From Chiloscyllium plagiosum (Eukaryota): a DNA stretch of 64,000 nt. This document shows positions 25,740 through 37,975 of this stretch, one piece after another (positions within the stretch are counted from its first letter, which is position 1; the number at the start of each line of letters is the position of its first letter). The notes under the pieces were generated by a model. It did no database searches, was not told where the DNA came from, and saw nothing but the letters and a program-made list of their open reading frames with translations. The DNA lies in contig NC_057718.1 in assembly GCF_004010195.1 (NCBI RefSeq), forward strand, positions 66,990,732-67,054,731, read 5' to 3'. Made by a program: the position numbers and the translations under genes.

Positions 25740-26170
25740 ACTGAGGCATCAGTCAATTAGCAAATCCAAAATTTGTATGATTCCAATTTGCCATGGAATT
25801 CTTTGCTCCCCTTTTGCTTTAGATTTTCACCCTGACATTGACAAATTACTTCTGTGCTGGCTGAGATTGGAAATTAAAAGCATTTAGAGCTGCTCATGCA
25901 TTTATGCTAATGAGGACTTCTGATATAATTTGCATGCCAAGCAGGACAATCTGAAACCTCATCAGTTTCAAAGCATTTCTGTTTGATATGCAAATATGTT
26001 TCTTAAGGAAAAATGCTATATTGGAAACAATGTAGAGTACAGAATTTTGTCTTCCGATGCATTTTTCAATTTGGTATTTTTTTTCAAAGCTCCATGTTAA
26101 GTCAGCTGTTCATGATTTCAAGGATGAAGCCTTTGTTCATTAGCATCTTAGATGTTTATCAAAGCAATGA
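25740..26170. promoter_or_regulatory. Candidate POU/Sox enhancer (octamer cluster)
   Basis: ATGCTAAT 25904, ATTTGCAT 25928, ATGCAAAT 25988, CTTTGTT-c-ATTAGCAT 26131-26146 in repeat-poor DNA. Confidence 0.35.
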
Positions 26171-27094
26171 ATGATCCACTATCTGCCATGCAGCATTACA
26201 GTTTAGCTTAATTTTAAATTCACTAGAAAAGAACCTGAGGACAGATGACTGGAGAGAAGTGTGTCCTGACAGCATGCTCTACAGACATACTCAAATTAAT
26301 TCAATCCATACAGAAAAGAATTAATCAGTCTAGATGACTACAGATATACAGCTAGGACCTTGTTACCACATTTTATCTTGATTTAAAGCAGCACACATTG
26401 TTTTAACTGCTAATTTAGATCAAATTGATATGGCCACTGTAGAATGTACTGGTATGAAAAGGAAAAAAAAAGTCATTATATTTTGTAATTTAAACAGATA
26501 TTTATAAGATGTGATACAGTCCAAGGTTTAATTTATGTAATGTTCTTATTTAATTGACTAAAACTACCCTTATTTTAATCTCTAGAGTGATTCAGAATGG
26601 TTTGAAATGGTAACTTTGTTCGCTTGAATTTGCTTTTTTATTATTAAAGTTTAATTCTAATCCTGCACTAAAACAAAGCATTTTTGAAGATAAAATTGCT
26701 GCCCTGTGTTGAAAAATACGGTAATGCTTTTCCAAAAGGTTCATCAATGCTATTTCCAGAGCATGTTGCTGTAGACAAAAGTTGATTAATTTCTGTGTCA
26801 GTGTTTATAAATTTTGCAGTTATTATTTACATTTTTGATAAAATGAGCAATAAGAAGATATTGTTCTTAATTTTGTTACACTTCACATATTACTAGTAAG
26901 GTACAATAGTAAGAAACTTAAATGGAAACCTCAACATTTTTAATTATGGATATAAACTGTTTTGCATAGTCGGGTCAAGGGCTAATCTGGAATGCCATAA
27001 AGCTTCAGACACTCAAGGATTTAAACTGTGTATGAGTCCTTCATGGATGTGTTTGTTGACTGGATGAGCTGCTGCAGGCATCCTGACCATATCA

Positions 27095-27230
27095 GGTTCC
27101 TCCTCCTCATTGTAGGGTATGGAACAATCACCACCTTCCTCTTCTTGCAGCATTATGCCTCTCTGTAAAACAATTTGTGCAAAGCACAGCAGACTACCAT
27201 TCTCAACACCCTTGCTACTGCTTATTCAAC
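27095..27230 (-). pseudogene. Second HARBI1-like transposase C-terminal fossil
   Basis: Minus strand E*AVARVLRMVVCCALHK, then after a frameshift LQRGIMLQEEEGG; matches the RV.RIVV.CCALHN..LQRG + acidic tail pattern. Confidence 0.65.
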
Positions 27231-27446
27231 CAAGAAACTTTCGCCTTCCCCTTAGTATTAAAATTTTGTTCAAGGTGTTTGTAGCTGGCCTTCTGCTCAA
27301 TGTGATTGTGGATGATATTTTGTGATTTCATGAATGGTTCTCAATGACTATACAAGTGAAATGCTGAATACAGAATAAACAATGCATTGTTATCACTTAA
27401 GCACATGTTGTACTGTCATATAATCAATGTATATCTTTCTCCAGAA

Positions 27447-27560
27447 GGGCTCTTAAGGCACAGTGATAGTGTCCCTTCCTCTGAGTCAGGCAGTTCAATT
27501 TCCACCTACCTCGCTGATGTATAAGACCATTGCAGAACATATTAATTATAAAATATCCAT
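27447..27560 (+). mobile_element. Short tRNA-derived SINE remnant
   Basis: gggctcttaaggcacagtgatagtgtcccttcctctgagtcaggcagttcaatttccacc (A/B-box like); similar antisense remnant at ~55155-55262. Confidence 0.5.
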
Positions 27561-27609
27561 ATCTCTATCCAGAATGTCCATTTACTAGTGAACAAGGCTC
27601 TTATAATCT

Positions 27610-27801
27610 ATGATTTGGGGATGCCGGTGTTGTACTGGGGTGTACAAAGTTACAAATCACACAACACCAGGTTATAGCATATAAATTCTGTGTCTTACAA
27701 TTGTGTCCTCCACAACCACCTGATGAAGGAGTGACGCTCCAAAATATAGTGCTTCCAATTAAACCTGTTGGACTATAACCTGGTGTTGTGTGATTTGTAA
27801 C
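27610..27801. mobile_element. Hairpin-shaped PLE-derived mini-element (family A) with TSD
   Basis: Perfect 29-bp inverted repeat 27649-27677 / 27773-27801; direct repeat cttataatctatga at 27600-27613 and 27802-27815; hammerhead remnant 27717-27751. Confidence 0.85.
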
Positions 27802-28106
27802 CTTATAATCTATGAATTTATACTGATGATGCATCACAGTTATGGTCTCAATGGAAATCTGATTGAAAGTTAATGGCACCGTCTCCCTAATGAGCCCTCC
27901 CACTGACTATATATTCCAGCATTGGTCCCATCAAGATCATTGTATTGGCAATGTGACATTTATCACAAGATCACACCTGTACTTGACACCCTCCTCCTCT
28001 TGCACTTTCTCTTCATTTGTGTGTCTTAACTTGTTCCAAACCTGTTAGAAGACTTTGAGGTGTACTTTAATTGTAAGACTTAAATCAATTACAATCATTG
28101 ACTGAT

Positions 28107-28361
28107 GTGGAGATGTCAGTGTTGGACTGGGGTGGACAATGTCAGAAGTCGCACAACATCAGCCTGTAGTGTAACAGAATTTGACCTGATGAAGGAATAG
28201 CACCCTGAAGGCTTGAGATTTCAAATGAACTGTATATTGATGTTTTGTGACTTCTGGATTATAGTGGTGCTGGAAAAGCACAGCAGTTCAGGCAGCATCC
28301 GAGGAGCAGGAAAATCGACGTTTCGGGCAAAAGTCCTTCATCAGAAGTCTTGTGACTTCTG
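28107..28361. mobile_element. Family-A-like hairpin mini-element containing a nested family-B mini-element (28257-28349, minus strand)
   Basis: Outer direct repeat acaat(c/t)attgactgat 28091-28106 / 28362-28377; inner direct repeat ttgtgacttctg 28245-28256 / 28350-28361. Confidence 0.8.
28313..28348 (-). ncRNA. Hammerhead motif with intact CUGAUGA/GAAAC/GUC core
   Basis: Minus strand actt-CTGATGA-a-ggac-tttt-gccc-GAAA-cg-TC-gatt; one stem II mismatch and a weak stem I. Confidence 0.6.
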
Positions 28362-29061
28362 ACAATTATTGACTGATTTAACAGAACCATTCTAAACTAT
28401 CACTTGTCTTGATTAGCTGCAAGATCTGTTCAGAGGACAAATACATTTTCACAATTTTGTACAATTTGTTAGGTTTATTATCATAAGTTCAAAATAAATA
28501 ATAAACAGTTACTATATTGGTTTCAGTTGCTGTACATCAAGACACCATCACACAACCCCCACCTGACTAATCACAGACTCCTTGGTTTTTGTTTTGCCTG
28601 ATATCCCTCTGTCTTTGGTCTTCTTATTTTAGCAAACCACTAAGAATCACTGTGCTTTAACCCTTGCTAGTCATTACCGCTGAGCACCCTGAGGCATCCT
28701 GAACTAGTAGACTTGCCAATCATGGACATCAATCTCGGATTGGCTAAATAACACATGCCCAATTCTCAATCAGCTTCTATACAAATGATGGCCGTCTTAC
28801 TATTATCTCTTCCCATTAATCTCTGATTAATGCTTGAAATGCCAATCACATCCTTTTTATGACAGCTTATTCCTTTTAGCTTACTAATTTCAGAGACAAT
28901 TATGAAGATAACAAATCTCTGTAGAACTGTTTGAGAGTATGTAGTGTTACTCCTTAACATTTTAATATAATATTGCCCCAAATACATAATTGATACACCT
29001 AAGTACTCTGGAAAATTCTAAAACCTATAAATATTAAAAGAAATATTGGTGAATCAAAATA

Positions 29062-29188
29062 ACTGATGAAGGACTTTTGCCCAAAACATCAATTTTCCTG
29101 CTCCTGGGATGCTGCCTAACCTGCTGTGCTTTTCCAGCACTACACTCTTGGCTCTAATCTCCAACATCTGCAGTACTACATTCACCTA
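29062..29188 (+). mobile_element. Family-B PLE terminal-repeat mini-insert starting at the hammerhead
   Basis: ctgatgaaggacttttgcccaaaacatcaattttcctgctcctgggatgctgcc...ctccaacatctgcag. Confidence 0.75.
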
Positions 29189-29314
29189 CTGTCTCCCAAA
29201 ACAAGCCAAAGCTATATTTAAAAAAAAAGAAAGGCCTGTTATATACCTTAAGCTACACATCCAAATAATTTTTAAATATATCTGTGTCTTTGACTAAAAA
29301 TCTTTTACCTCAAA

Positions 29315-30563
29315 GCTTTATCACAAAAAATTGGTAGTACTATTGATAGTGAGATGGATGGTCTCAGGCTACAGTCTGATACTTATAGCTGGAAAATTGG
29401 GCAATTGTAGATGGAATTTAATCCTGATAAGTATGAGATGGTGCATTTTGGAAGGTCTAAAAAGGGAAGAATATACACAGTGAATGGTATATCCCTAGGG
29501 AGTACTGAGGAACAAAGGGACCTTGGGTAACAAGTCAATAGATCCTTGAAAGTGTCGGCATAAGTGGAGAGGCTGGTGAAGATTGTGTATAGGAGGGTGT
29601 AGAAAATGGGAGCAAGGAAGTCTTGCTACAATTTTATAAGACATTGGTTGATCCACAGATAGAATACAGTGTGCAGTTCTAGTCATCCATTCCATCAGGA
29701 GGACATGATTGCACTGGAGAAGGTGAGGAGGACATTCACTGAAATCATAGAATTCCTGCAGTGCAGCAGAAAACCATTCAGCCCATTGGGTCCATAAATT
29801 CTCTTCAAAGAGCATCCCACCCACACCCCTTCTTTATTGCAGTAACCCCATATTTACCATGACTAATCCACCTAGCCTACATATCCATGAACACTATGGA
29901 CAATTTTTTTTAGCATGGCCAATTTATCTAAGCTGCACATCTTTGGACTGTGGGAGGAAACCAGAGCACCCAGCAGAAACCCATATAGACACAGGGAAAA
30001 CATGCCAACTCTACACAGACACTCACCCAAGGCTAGAATTGAACCCAGGTCACTGGCACTGTGAGGCAGTAGTGCTAACCACTGAGCCACCGTGCCACCC
30101 ACGATGTTGCCTGGGATGGAAAGTCTCAGTTTTGAGGAGAGACTGGATAAGTTGTGTTGTTTTGCTTGGGCTAGAAGAGGTTGAGGGGGAATCTGATTGA
30201 GGTATACAAAACTGTGAGAAGTATAGACAGAGTAGACCATGAAAACCTTTTCTCAATGGTAAATGTATCTAAGACTAGAGGGCATAAGTTTAAGATGAGG
30301 AGTAAGTGGTTTTGAGGGGATCTGAGGAAACATTTTTTCACCCAGAGGGTGGCAAAAATATGGAAAGTGCTGCCTGAGAGGGTGGTGGAGGCAGATACTC
30401 TTGCAACATTTTAAGAAACTTCTGATGAACACTGAAAGCACTGGGCATAGTAGGCTTTGAACCAAGTCCAGTTAAATGGGATTAGTATAGTTTGGTGTTT
30501 GTTGATTGACATTGACATAGTGGGCTGAAAGGCCTATTTCTATGCTGCATGACGCTATGACTT
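29315..30563 (+). mobile_element. CR1 3' fragment interrupted by HE1
   Basis: MEFNPDK.E..HFG, QRDLG, FFTQRV..IW and tail gggctgaaaggcctatttctatgctgcatgacgctatgac. Confidence 0.85.
29745..30100 (-). mobile_element. HE1-type SINE
   Basis: Ends gtgctaaccactgagccaccgtgccaccc; contains tttggactgtgggaggaaaccagagcaccc. Confidence 0.9.
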
Positions 30564-31639
30564 TTAAATCCAGTTGCAGCAAGTCCCTTCCATTGCAAGG
30601 AGTTTGCAGTCAAAACTGCAAGGGGCTGAGTTTCTGTGTAACTCTTAAAAACTAAGATGTCATTTGGAGTTGAGACTCACTGTGGAGACAGCTCCTTCTT
30701 CCCTGGATCATTTGTTATGCTGAATGAGATAAAGTGACAGCATACAAATTGGTGTAATTGAGACCTGCCTGAGGGAATTGGAGACAAAAACATAAATTAT
30801 ATGCTGATGATTAGAATTTTAAGCAAATAGCTTCGTTGGGCCTCTTCCATGGAGGTTGAAAGTGACATGACCACTGCCTGAAGGGTAAATCTGGGCAGAA
30901 ATTCCGCTCACCCCCTCACAATTCCACCACACCAATGCCCCCACATTTATGTAGCATAACCATCAAATGCCTCAAAGCACTTTATTACCAGAAAAGACTT
31001 TTGAACTGTGGTGTCATGCATAGAGAGAAATGAATTGATTAGTTTCACAGTCCTTCTCTTCTGTCTGTAACAGAAGTGGTTTTCAGTCGTTTTTCTTATT
31101 TTCTTTTCCCCATTGAATTATGCCATGGTGCGTTTCCCCAGTTCTTAACTGTGAATTACTTTTTAAAAATACCCCACAACAAGTTCTTTGTTGTCAAAAC
31201 AAGTTGTGTTCATTCACGTATTCATGTGCGGTGTGATGGTTTTTCTCACAACACAACACACAAACAACATCAAAAATAAAGCTAATGTATAAGAAAGAAG
31301 TTACAACTATACGTTACTTAAAATTCAAAGACATTTGCATTAATTCACATTAATTACACTCCAATGAGTCAATGTCCAGTGAAGTTTTGCAGTTGCTTGG
31401 TCTTAAAGAATTCCTTTCTATAAAGCTCAGATGCAGGTGTATTGCAGTTGAAGGCACAACAATATAATTCTTGTTAGCCAGGAAATTAGTTCATTTTTCC
31501 AGTGAAATACAGCTGCTTGAGGAAGAACACTGCAGGGCCCTAGCACTCAGAGGACTGTCAGAGGCCAGCACGTGCTCAGCCTCAGGCAGAAGACATGGAA
31601 CATAAAACACTTCAGCACTGATCATGATGTCATTCTAAC

Positions 31640-31832
31640 CTAAATTTTGCTAATGTGCCAGCTTTTACCATCTCCCCTGGCAGTGCATTCAAAGTATTTG
31701 TGTAAAAAAACTTTCCTTGCCCATCTCCCTTAAACTCATTCCCTCTCACCTTGAAACTTTTTCCCCTAGTGTTTGACATTTCCACCTAAAAAGACTCTGA
31801 CTATCCATTCCATTCATGCCTCTCATAATTTT
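31640..31832 (-). mobile_element. Short CR1 3' fragment
   Basis: Minus strand KIMRGMNGMDSQSLF. Confidence 0.65.
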
Positions 31833-33085
31833 ACAAGAGATCTTGATGAGTATAGAGAAAGTAGGAAGGAACTTAAACTTGAAATTAGGAAGGCCAAAAG
31901 AGGCCAAAAGGGGCCATGAAATGTCTTTAGCAAACGGGATCAAAGAGAATTTCAAGGCTTTTTATACATATATTAAAAGAAAGAGTAGCAAGAGAAAGAG
32001 TAGGCTCACTCAAGGACAAAGGAGTGAAATTATGCATGGAGTTACTGGAAATGGGAGAGATCCTTAATGAATACTTTGTATCGGTATTCACCTAGGAAAA
32101 GGACATGACTGGTGTTGAGGTCAGGAATGAGTGTGTGAATACTCTAGAGAATGTCAATATATTGAAGGAGGAAGTTTGGATATCCTAAATTGAATTAAAG
32201 TAGAGACTTTCCCAGGGCCAGCTGGGATCTATTCCAGGTTGCTACAAGAGGCAAGGGAAGAAATAACTGGGGCATTAGCAGATATCTTCACATCCTCTTT
32301 AATCACAGTTGAGGTTTCAGCAAACTAGAGGTGAGCCAATGTTGTTCCCTTATTTTAAAAAGGCTGCCGGGATAATCCAAGAAATTATAGGCTGGTGAGC
32401 CTGATGTCTATGGTGTGGAACATCTTGGAGAAGATATATGTACATTTGGAAGAAAATGGGCTAGTTAGTGACAGGCAGTGTGACTTTGTATGGGGAAGGT
32501 CATGTCTCACCAATCAGATTGAATTGTTTGAAGAGGTGACAAGGGAAAGGATGAGGGAAAGGCTGTGGATGTAACTTATGTGGACCTTAAGTTAGGAATT
32601 TGATAAAGTCCAACATAGCAGATTTGTACAAGAACTAAAATCTCATGGGATTCGTGATAGGCTGGCTAGATAGATACAAAGTTGGCTTGATCATAGAACA
32701 CAGAGGGTAGTAGTAGAAGGGTGTTTTCCAGATGGAGACTGGTAACTAGTGGTGTTCCACAGGGTTCAGTCTCGGGTCCTCTGTTGTTTGTAATATATAT
32801 AAATGATCTGGAGAAAAATGTGAGTGGGCTGATTAGTAAGTTTGCAGATGACATGAAGATTAGTGGAGTTGGTGAAAATGCCAACAATTGTGAAAGGATG
32901 CAACAAGATATAGATAGATTGGTGACTTGGGCACAGAAATGGCAGACAGAGTTTAATCCAGACAAATGTGAGGTGATGCATTTTGAAGGATTGAATTTAG
33001 GTGTGAATTATACTGTAAATGGCAGAATTCTTAGGAACGTTAATATACATTGGATCTGGGCATAGTTCCCTAAATGTGGCAACAC

Positions 33086-33228
33086 AATTGGCCATGCTAA
33101 ATTGCCCGTAGTGTTAGGTGAAGGGGTAAGTGTAGAGGTATGGGTGGGTTGTGCTTCGGCGGGTCGGTGTGGACTTGTTGGGCCGAAGGGCCTGTTTCCA
33201 CACTGTAGGTAATCTAATCTAATCTAAT
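33086..33228 (+). mobile_element. 5'-truncated young HE1 SINE
   Basis: aattggccatgctaaattgcccgtagtg...gggccgaagggcctgtttccacactgta + (aatct)n. Confidence 0.9.
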
Positions 33229-33874
33229 TACAAGTGTCCAATGTGATTAAGAAGGCATATGGCATGATTGCCTTCATCGGCTGAGGCATGGAGTACAAAA
33301 GTTGACAAACCATGTTGCAGCTACATAAAACCCTTGTTAGGCTGCATTTGAAGTATTGTGTGCAGTTTTGTTCGCCCCACTACCAGAAGGAAATGGTAGT
33401 TTTGGAGAGAGTGCAGAGAAGGTTTACTAGGCTGTTGCCTGATCTTGAGGGTGTTGGCTATGAAGAATGGTTAAAAGACTGGGATTGTTTTCCCTGGAAA
33501 GACGATGGCTGAGAGACTTGATAGAGCTCCACAAAACTTTGATTGGCATAGATAGGGTAGATAGTCAGAGGGTTTATCCCAGGGCTGAAGCTTCCTTTAA
33601 AAGTGGTACAGGTTCAAGACGAGAATGGGAAAGTTTAAAGAAGATGTGTGAGGGAAACTTTTCACGTAGAGTGTGGGAGGAACCTGGAACACACTGCCAG
33701 AAGAAGTGATGGAAACAGAGATATTGGCAACATTTAAGAGACATCTGGAAGCTTACATGAATAGGGAGGGAATAGAGGGATACCGAATGAATAAGGGCAG
33801 AAGTTTTGGTTTTAAGTTTAGTTAGGGCGTGATGATCAGCACAGTCTTGGAGAGCTGAAGGGCTTGGTCCTGTT

Positions 33875-34185
33875 TAGATTAGATTAGATTACAGTGTGGA
33901 AACAGGCCCTTCGGCCCAACAAGTCCACACCGACCCGCCGAAGCGCAACCCACCCATACCCCTACATTTACCCCTTACCTAACACTACGGGCAATTTAGC
34001 ACGGCCAATTCACCTGACCTGCACATCTTTGGACTGTGGGAGGAAACCGGAGCACCCGGAGGAAACCCACGCAGACACGGGGAGAACGTGCAAACTCCAC
34101 ACAGTCAGTTGCCTGAGTCAGGAATTGAACCTGGGTCTCTGGCGCTGTGAGGCAGCAGTGCTAACCACTGTGCCACCGTGCCGCC
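33875..34185 (-). mobile_element. Full-length young HE1 SINE
   Basis: (agatt)n tail, CpG-rich body, head ending ...ccactgtgccaccgtgccgcc; inserted in a CR1 3' UTR. Confidence 0.95.
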
Positions 34186-35223
34186 AAGTACCGTGTTCTG
34201 TACTTCTCTTTGTTCTTTGTTCTTATATGCTTCTGTCAGTTCACTCCTCAGCCTCTAACAAACTAGCAAAAACAATCCAAGTTTGTCCAACCTCTCCTTA
34301 ACGCTAATACACTCAAAGCCACACATCTTTTGCATTCTCCCCAAAACACCCAGATCCTCCCCATAGGATAGTGACCAGAACTGCATACAATACTCCAAAT
34401 GTGGCCTAACTAAAGTCTTATACAGCTGAAACATGACTTGCCAAATTGTATACTCAATGCCCTGGCTGATGAAAACAAACATGCATCTTCTTTTTCACCT
34501 TATTAACTGTGTTGCCACTTTCAGGGAGCTATGGACTTGAACCTCAAGACCCCTCCATATATCAATATTTATAAGGATCCTGTCATTAACTATACACTTT
34601 CATCTTGTAGTTAATCTCCCAAGATGGATCAACTCACACTTGTCCAGATTAAGCTCCACCTTCTATTTCTCTGCCCAAATTTTCAGCTGATCTATACCTG
34701 CTATATCCTTTGATAACCTTTATTTATTATCGACAACTCTACCAATCATTATGTTGCTTGCAAATTTTCTAATCAGACTATTTACATTTTCATCTAAATC
34801 ATTTATATATATTATAAATAGTAGAAGTCTCAGCATTGATTCTTGTGGAATACTACTGGTCACAAGCCTCCAGTTAGAAAAACACCCCTCCGCAACTACC
34901 CTCCGCCTTCTATGATCCATAATTTTATATCCAATTTATCACTTTACGATTTATCCTATGCAACTTATCTTCTGGATCAGCTTACCATGAGAGATCTGTG
35001 AAATGCTTTTGTAAAGTCCATGTAGACAACATCTATGTCTACCTTCATCAATCATCTGTGTCATATCCTCAAGAAACTCAAACAAGTCTGTGAGGTAGGA
35101 TCTCTCCCATATAAAGTCATGCTGAGAATCCATAATAAATCCATTCTTTTCCAAATGCCAGTAAGTCCTGTCACTAGGAATCTTTGCCAGTAATTTCCCT
35201 ACCAATAGGGCTATCAATGGTCG

Positions 35224-35572
35224 TAGAGTCATAGAGATGTACAACATGGAAACATACCCTTTGGTCCAACTCGCCCATATCCAGATATCCTCCTCTAATC
35301 TAGTCCCATTTGCCAGCACTTGGCCCAGATTCCCTCTAAACCCTTCCTATCCAGATACACATCCAGATGCCTTTTAAATGTTATAGTTGTAACAGCCTTC
35401 ATCACTTCCTCAAACAGCTTAATCCATACACGCGTCACCCTATGTGTGAAAAAGTTGCCCCTTAGGTGCCTTTTATATCTTTTTTCTCTCACCCTAAGCC
35501 TTTGCCCTCTACTTCTGGACTCCCCCACCCCAGGGAAAAAACCTTGTCTATTTACCCTATCCATGCCTCGTA
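35224..35572 (-). mobile_element. Short CR1 3' end
   Basis: RGMDRVNRQGFFPGVGESR...; tail tagagtcatagagatgtac; same subfamily as 10512-11225 and 53400-54040. Confidence 0.9.
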
Positions 35573-36002
35573 ATCTTCTTAAGCAAAGGAACAATATTGG
35601 TTATTCTCCAGTCTTCTAGAACCTTTCCTGTGGCTAAACAGAGTACATATATGTCGGTCAAATCCCCAGAGGTCTCCTCCCTTGCCTCATTCAGTATCCT
35701 GGGATAGATCCCATCAGGCTGTGGGGACTTATCTACCTTGATATTTTTCAAGACACCAGATACCTTCTCCTTCTTAATAACCAAATGTCCCAGAATATCA
35801 ACATGCCTTTCCTAATCTTACCATCATCAATGTCCTTCTCCTTAGTGAATACCAATGTGAGGTACTCGTTAAAGTCCTCACGCACTTCCTCTGGATCCAT
35901 GCATAAATTCTGTTGTTTGACTTTGAATGGACTTACACTTTACCTCGTTACCCTCTTGCTCCTAATATATATGTAAAATAATTTGGGATTCTCCTTAATC
36001 TT

Positions 36003-37975
36003 ACGTGTAGCCAAGAGGGAAAGGGAAGCGTACATAAGGTCGAGGCAGCTAGGAACAGAACAGGCCCTTGAGGAATATCGGAAGAGTAGGACAAGTCTTA
36101 AACGAGGAATCAGGCGGGCTAAAAGGGGGCATGAAATAGCTTTGGTGAGTAGAATTAAGGAGAATCCCAAAGCATTTTATTCTTATATAAGAAGCAAGCG
36201 GGTAACTAGGGAAAGGACTGGTCCACTAAAAGATAATGAAGGAAGGCTGTGTGTTGAACCTGAGAGACTGGTTGAGATTCTGAATGATTACTTTGCAACA
36301 GTGTTCACTGAGGAGAGAACCATGATGCATCTTCAGATTAAAGATAGAAGTTTGATTAGTCTGCATCACATTGACATAAGTAGGGAAGATGTGTCGTGTG
36401 GGCGAGAGGTTATTGAGGTAGACAAATTCCCAGACCCAGATGGAATCTATCCCAGGTTGCTGAGGAAGGTGAGGGAACCTGTCAGATATCTTTGTGGCAT
36501 CCTTAAATACAGGTGAGGTGCCAGAGGACTGGAAGGTTGCTCATGTTGTCCCCTTGTACAAGAAGGGCAGTAGGGATATTCTGGATAACTATAGACCAGT
36601 GAGCCTGACGTTGGTGGTGCGAAAGTTGCTGGAGAGAGTACTGAGCATTAGGATCTATTTATATTTAGAAAAGAATGGGCTTATCAGTGATACGCAACAT
36701 GGTTTTGTGCGGGGGAGATTGTGCCTTACCAACTTAATAGAGTTCTTTGAGGAAGTGACTAAGTTGATAGATGAAGGAAGTGCTGTCCATATACAAGGAC
36801 TTGAATAAGGCGTTTGATAAGGTTCCTCATGGTAGACTAATGGAGAAAGTGAAGTCATATGATATGCAGGGTATTCTAGCTAGGTGGATAAAGAACTGGC
36901 TGAGCAGCAGGAGACAGAGAGTAGTAGTTGAAGGGAGTTTCTCGAAATGGAGAAAGGTGACCAGTGGTGTTCCACAGGGGTCAGTGTTGGGGTCACTGTT
37001 GTTTGTAATATACATAAATGATCTGGAAGAGGGCACTGTTGGTATGATCAGCAAGTTTGCAGATGACACGAAGATTGGTGGAGTAGCAGAAAGCATAAGG
37101 GACTGTCAAAGAATACAGGAAGATATAGATAGACTGGAGAGTTGGGTGGAAAAGTGGCAGATGGATTTTAATCCAGACAAATGTGAGGTGATGCATTTAG
37201 GCAAGACTAATTCTACAGCGAATTATACAATGACCAGAAGAGCCTTGGGAAAAGTTGATTGGCAGAGAGATCTGGGAGTACAGGTCCATTGTATTCTGAA
37301 AGTTGCTGCACAGTTGGATAGAGTGGTCAAGAAGGCATATAGTATGCTTGCCTTCATTGGACGGGGTATTGAGTATAAGAAGTGGCAAGTCATGTTAAAA
37401 TTATACAAGACATTGGTTCAGCCGCATTTAGAATACTGTTCTGCTCGCCACTTTACCAAAAGGATGTGGACACTTTAGAGAGGTTGCAGAGAAGGTTTAC
37501 GAAGATGTTGCCTGGTATGGAAGGTGCTAGCTATGAAGAGAGGTTGAGTAGGTTAGGTTTCTTTTCATTCGAAAAAAGGAGATTGAGGGGGGACCTGATT
37601 GATGTTTACAAAATCATTAAGGGTATCGACAGGTCGATTAGAGACAAGCTTTTTTCCAGGGTGGAGGATTCAATAACGAGAGGTCACAGTTTCAAGGTGA
37701 GAGTTGGAAAGTTTAAGGGGGATACACGCAGCAAGTACTTCACACCGATGGTGGTGGACATCTGGAACGTGTTGCCAGCAGAGGTGGTAAAGGCAGGCAC
37801 GGTAGATTCATTTAAGATACATCTGGACAGATGCATGAGTATGTGGGGAGCAGAGGGATACAGATGTTTAGGAATTGGGTGACAGGTTTAGACAGTAGAT
37901 TTGGATCGGCTCAGGCTTGAAGGGCCGAAGGGCCTGTTCCTGGACTGTAAATTTTCTTTGTTCTTCTTTGTTCTT
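36003..37975 (+). mobile_element. CR1 5'-truncated copy with long ORF2 pieces
   Basis: ORFs 35983-36516, 36494-36808, 36771-37478 (GVPQGSVLG, FADDTK), 37382-37882; tail (ttctttg)n. Confidence 0.93.

Larger units (their letters stand above)
31835..34225 (+). mobile_element. CR1 ORF2 to 3' tail, with two HE1 inserts
   Basis: AKRGHE..IKENFKAFY, TSGVPQGSVSGP..FADD, TLVRLHLKYCVQF, tail (ttctttg)n at ~34205-34225. Confidence 0.9.
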
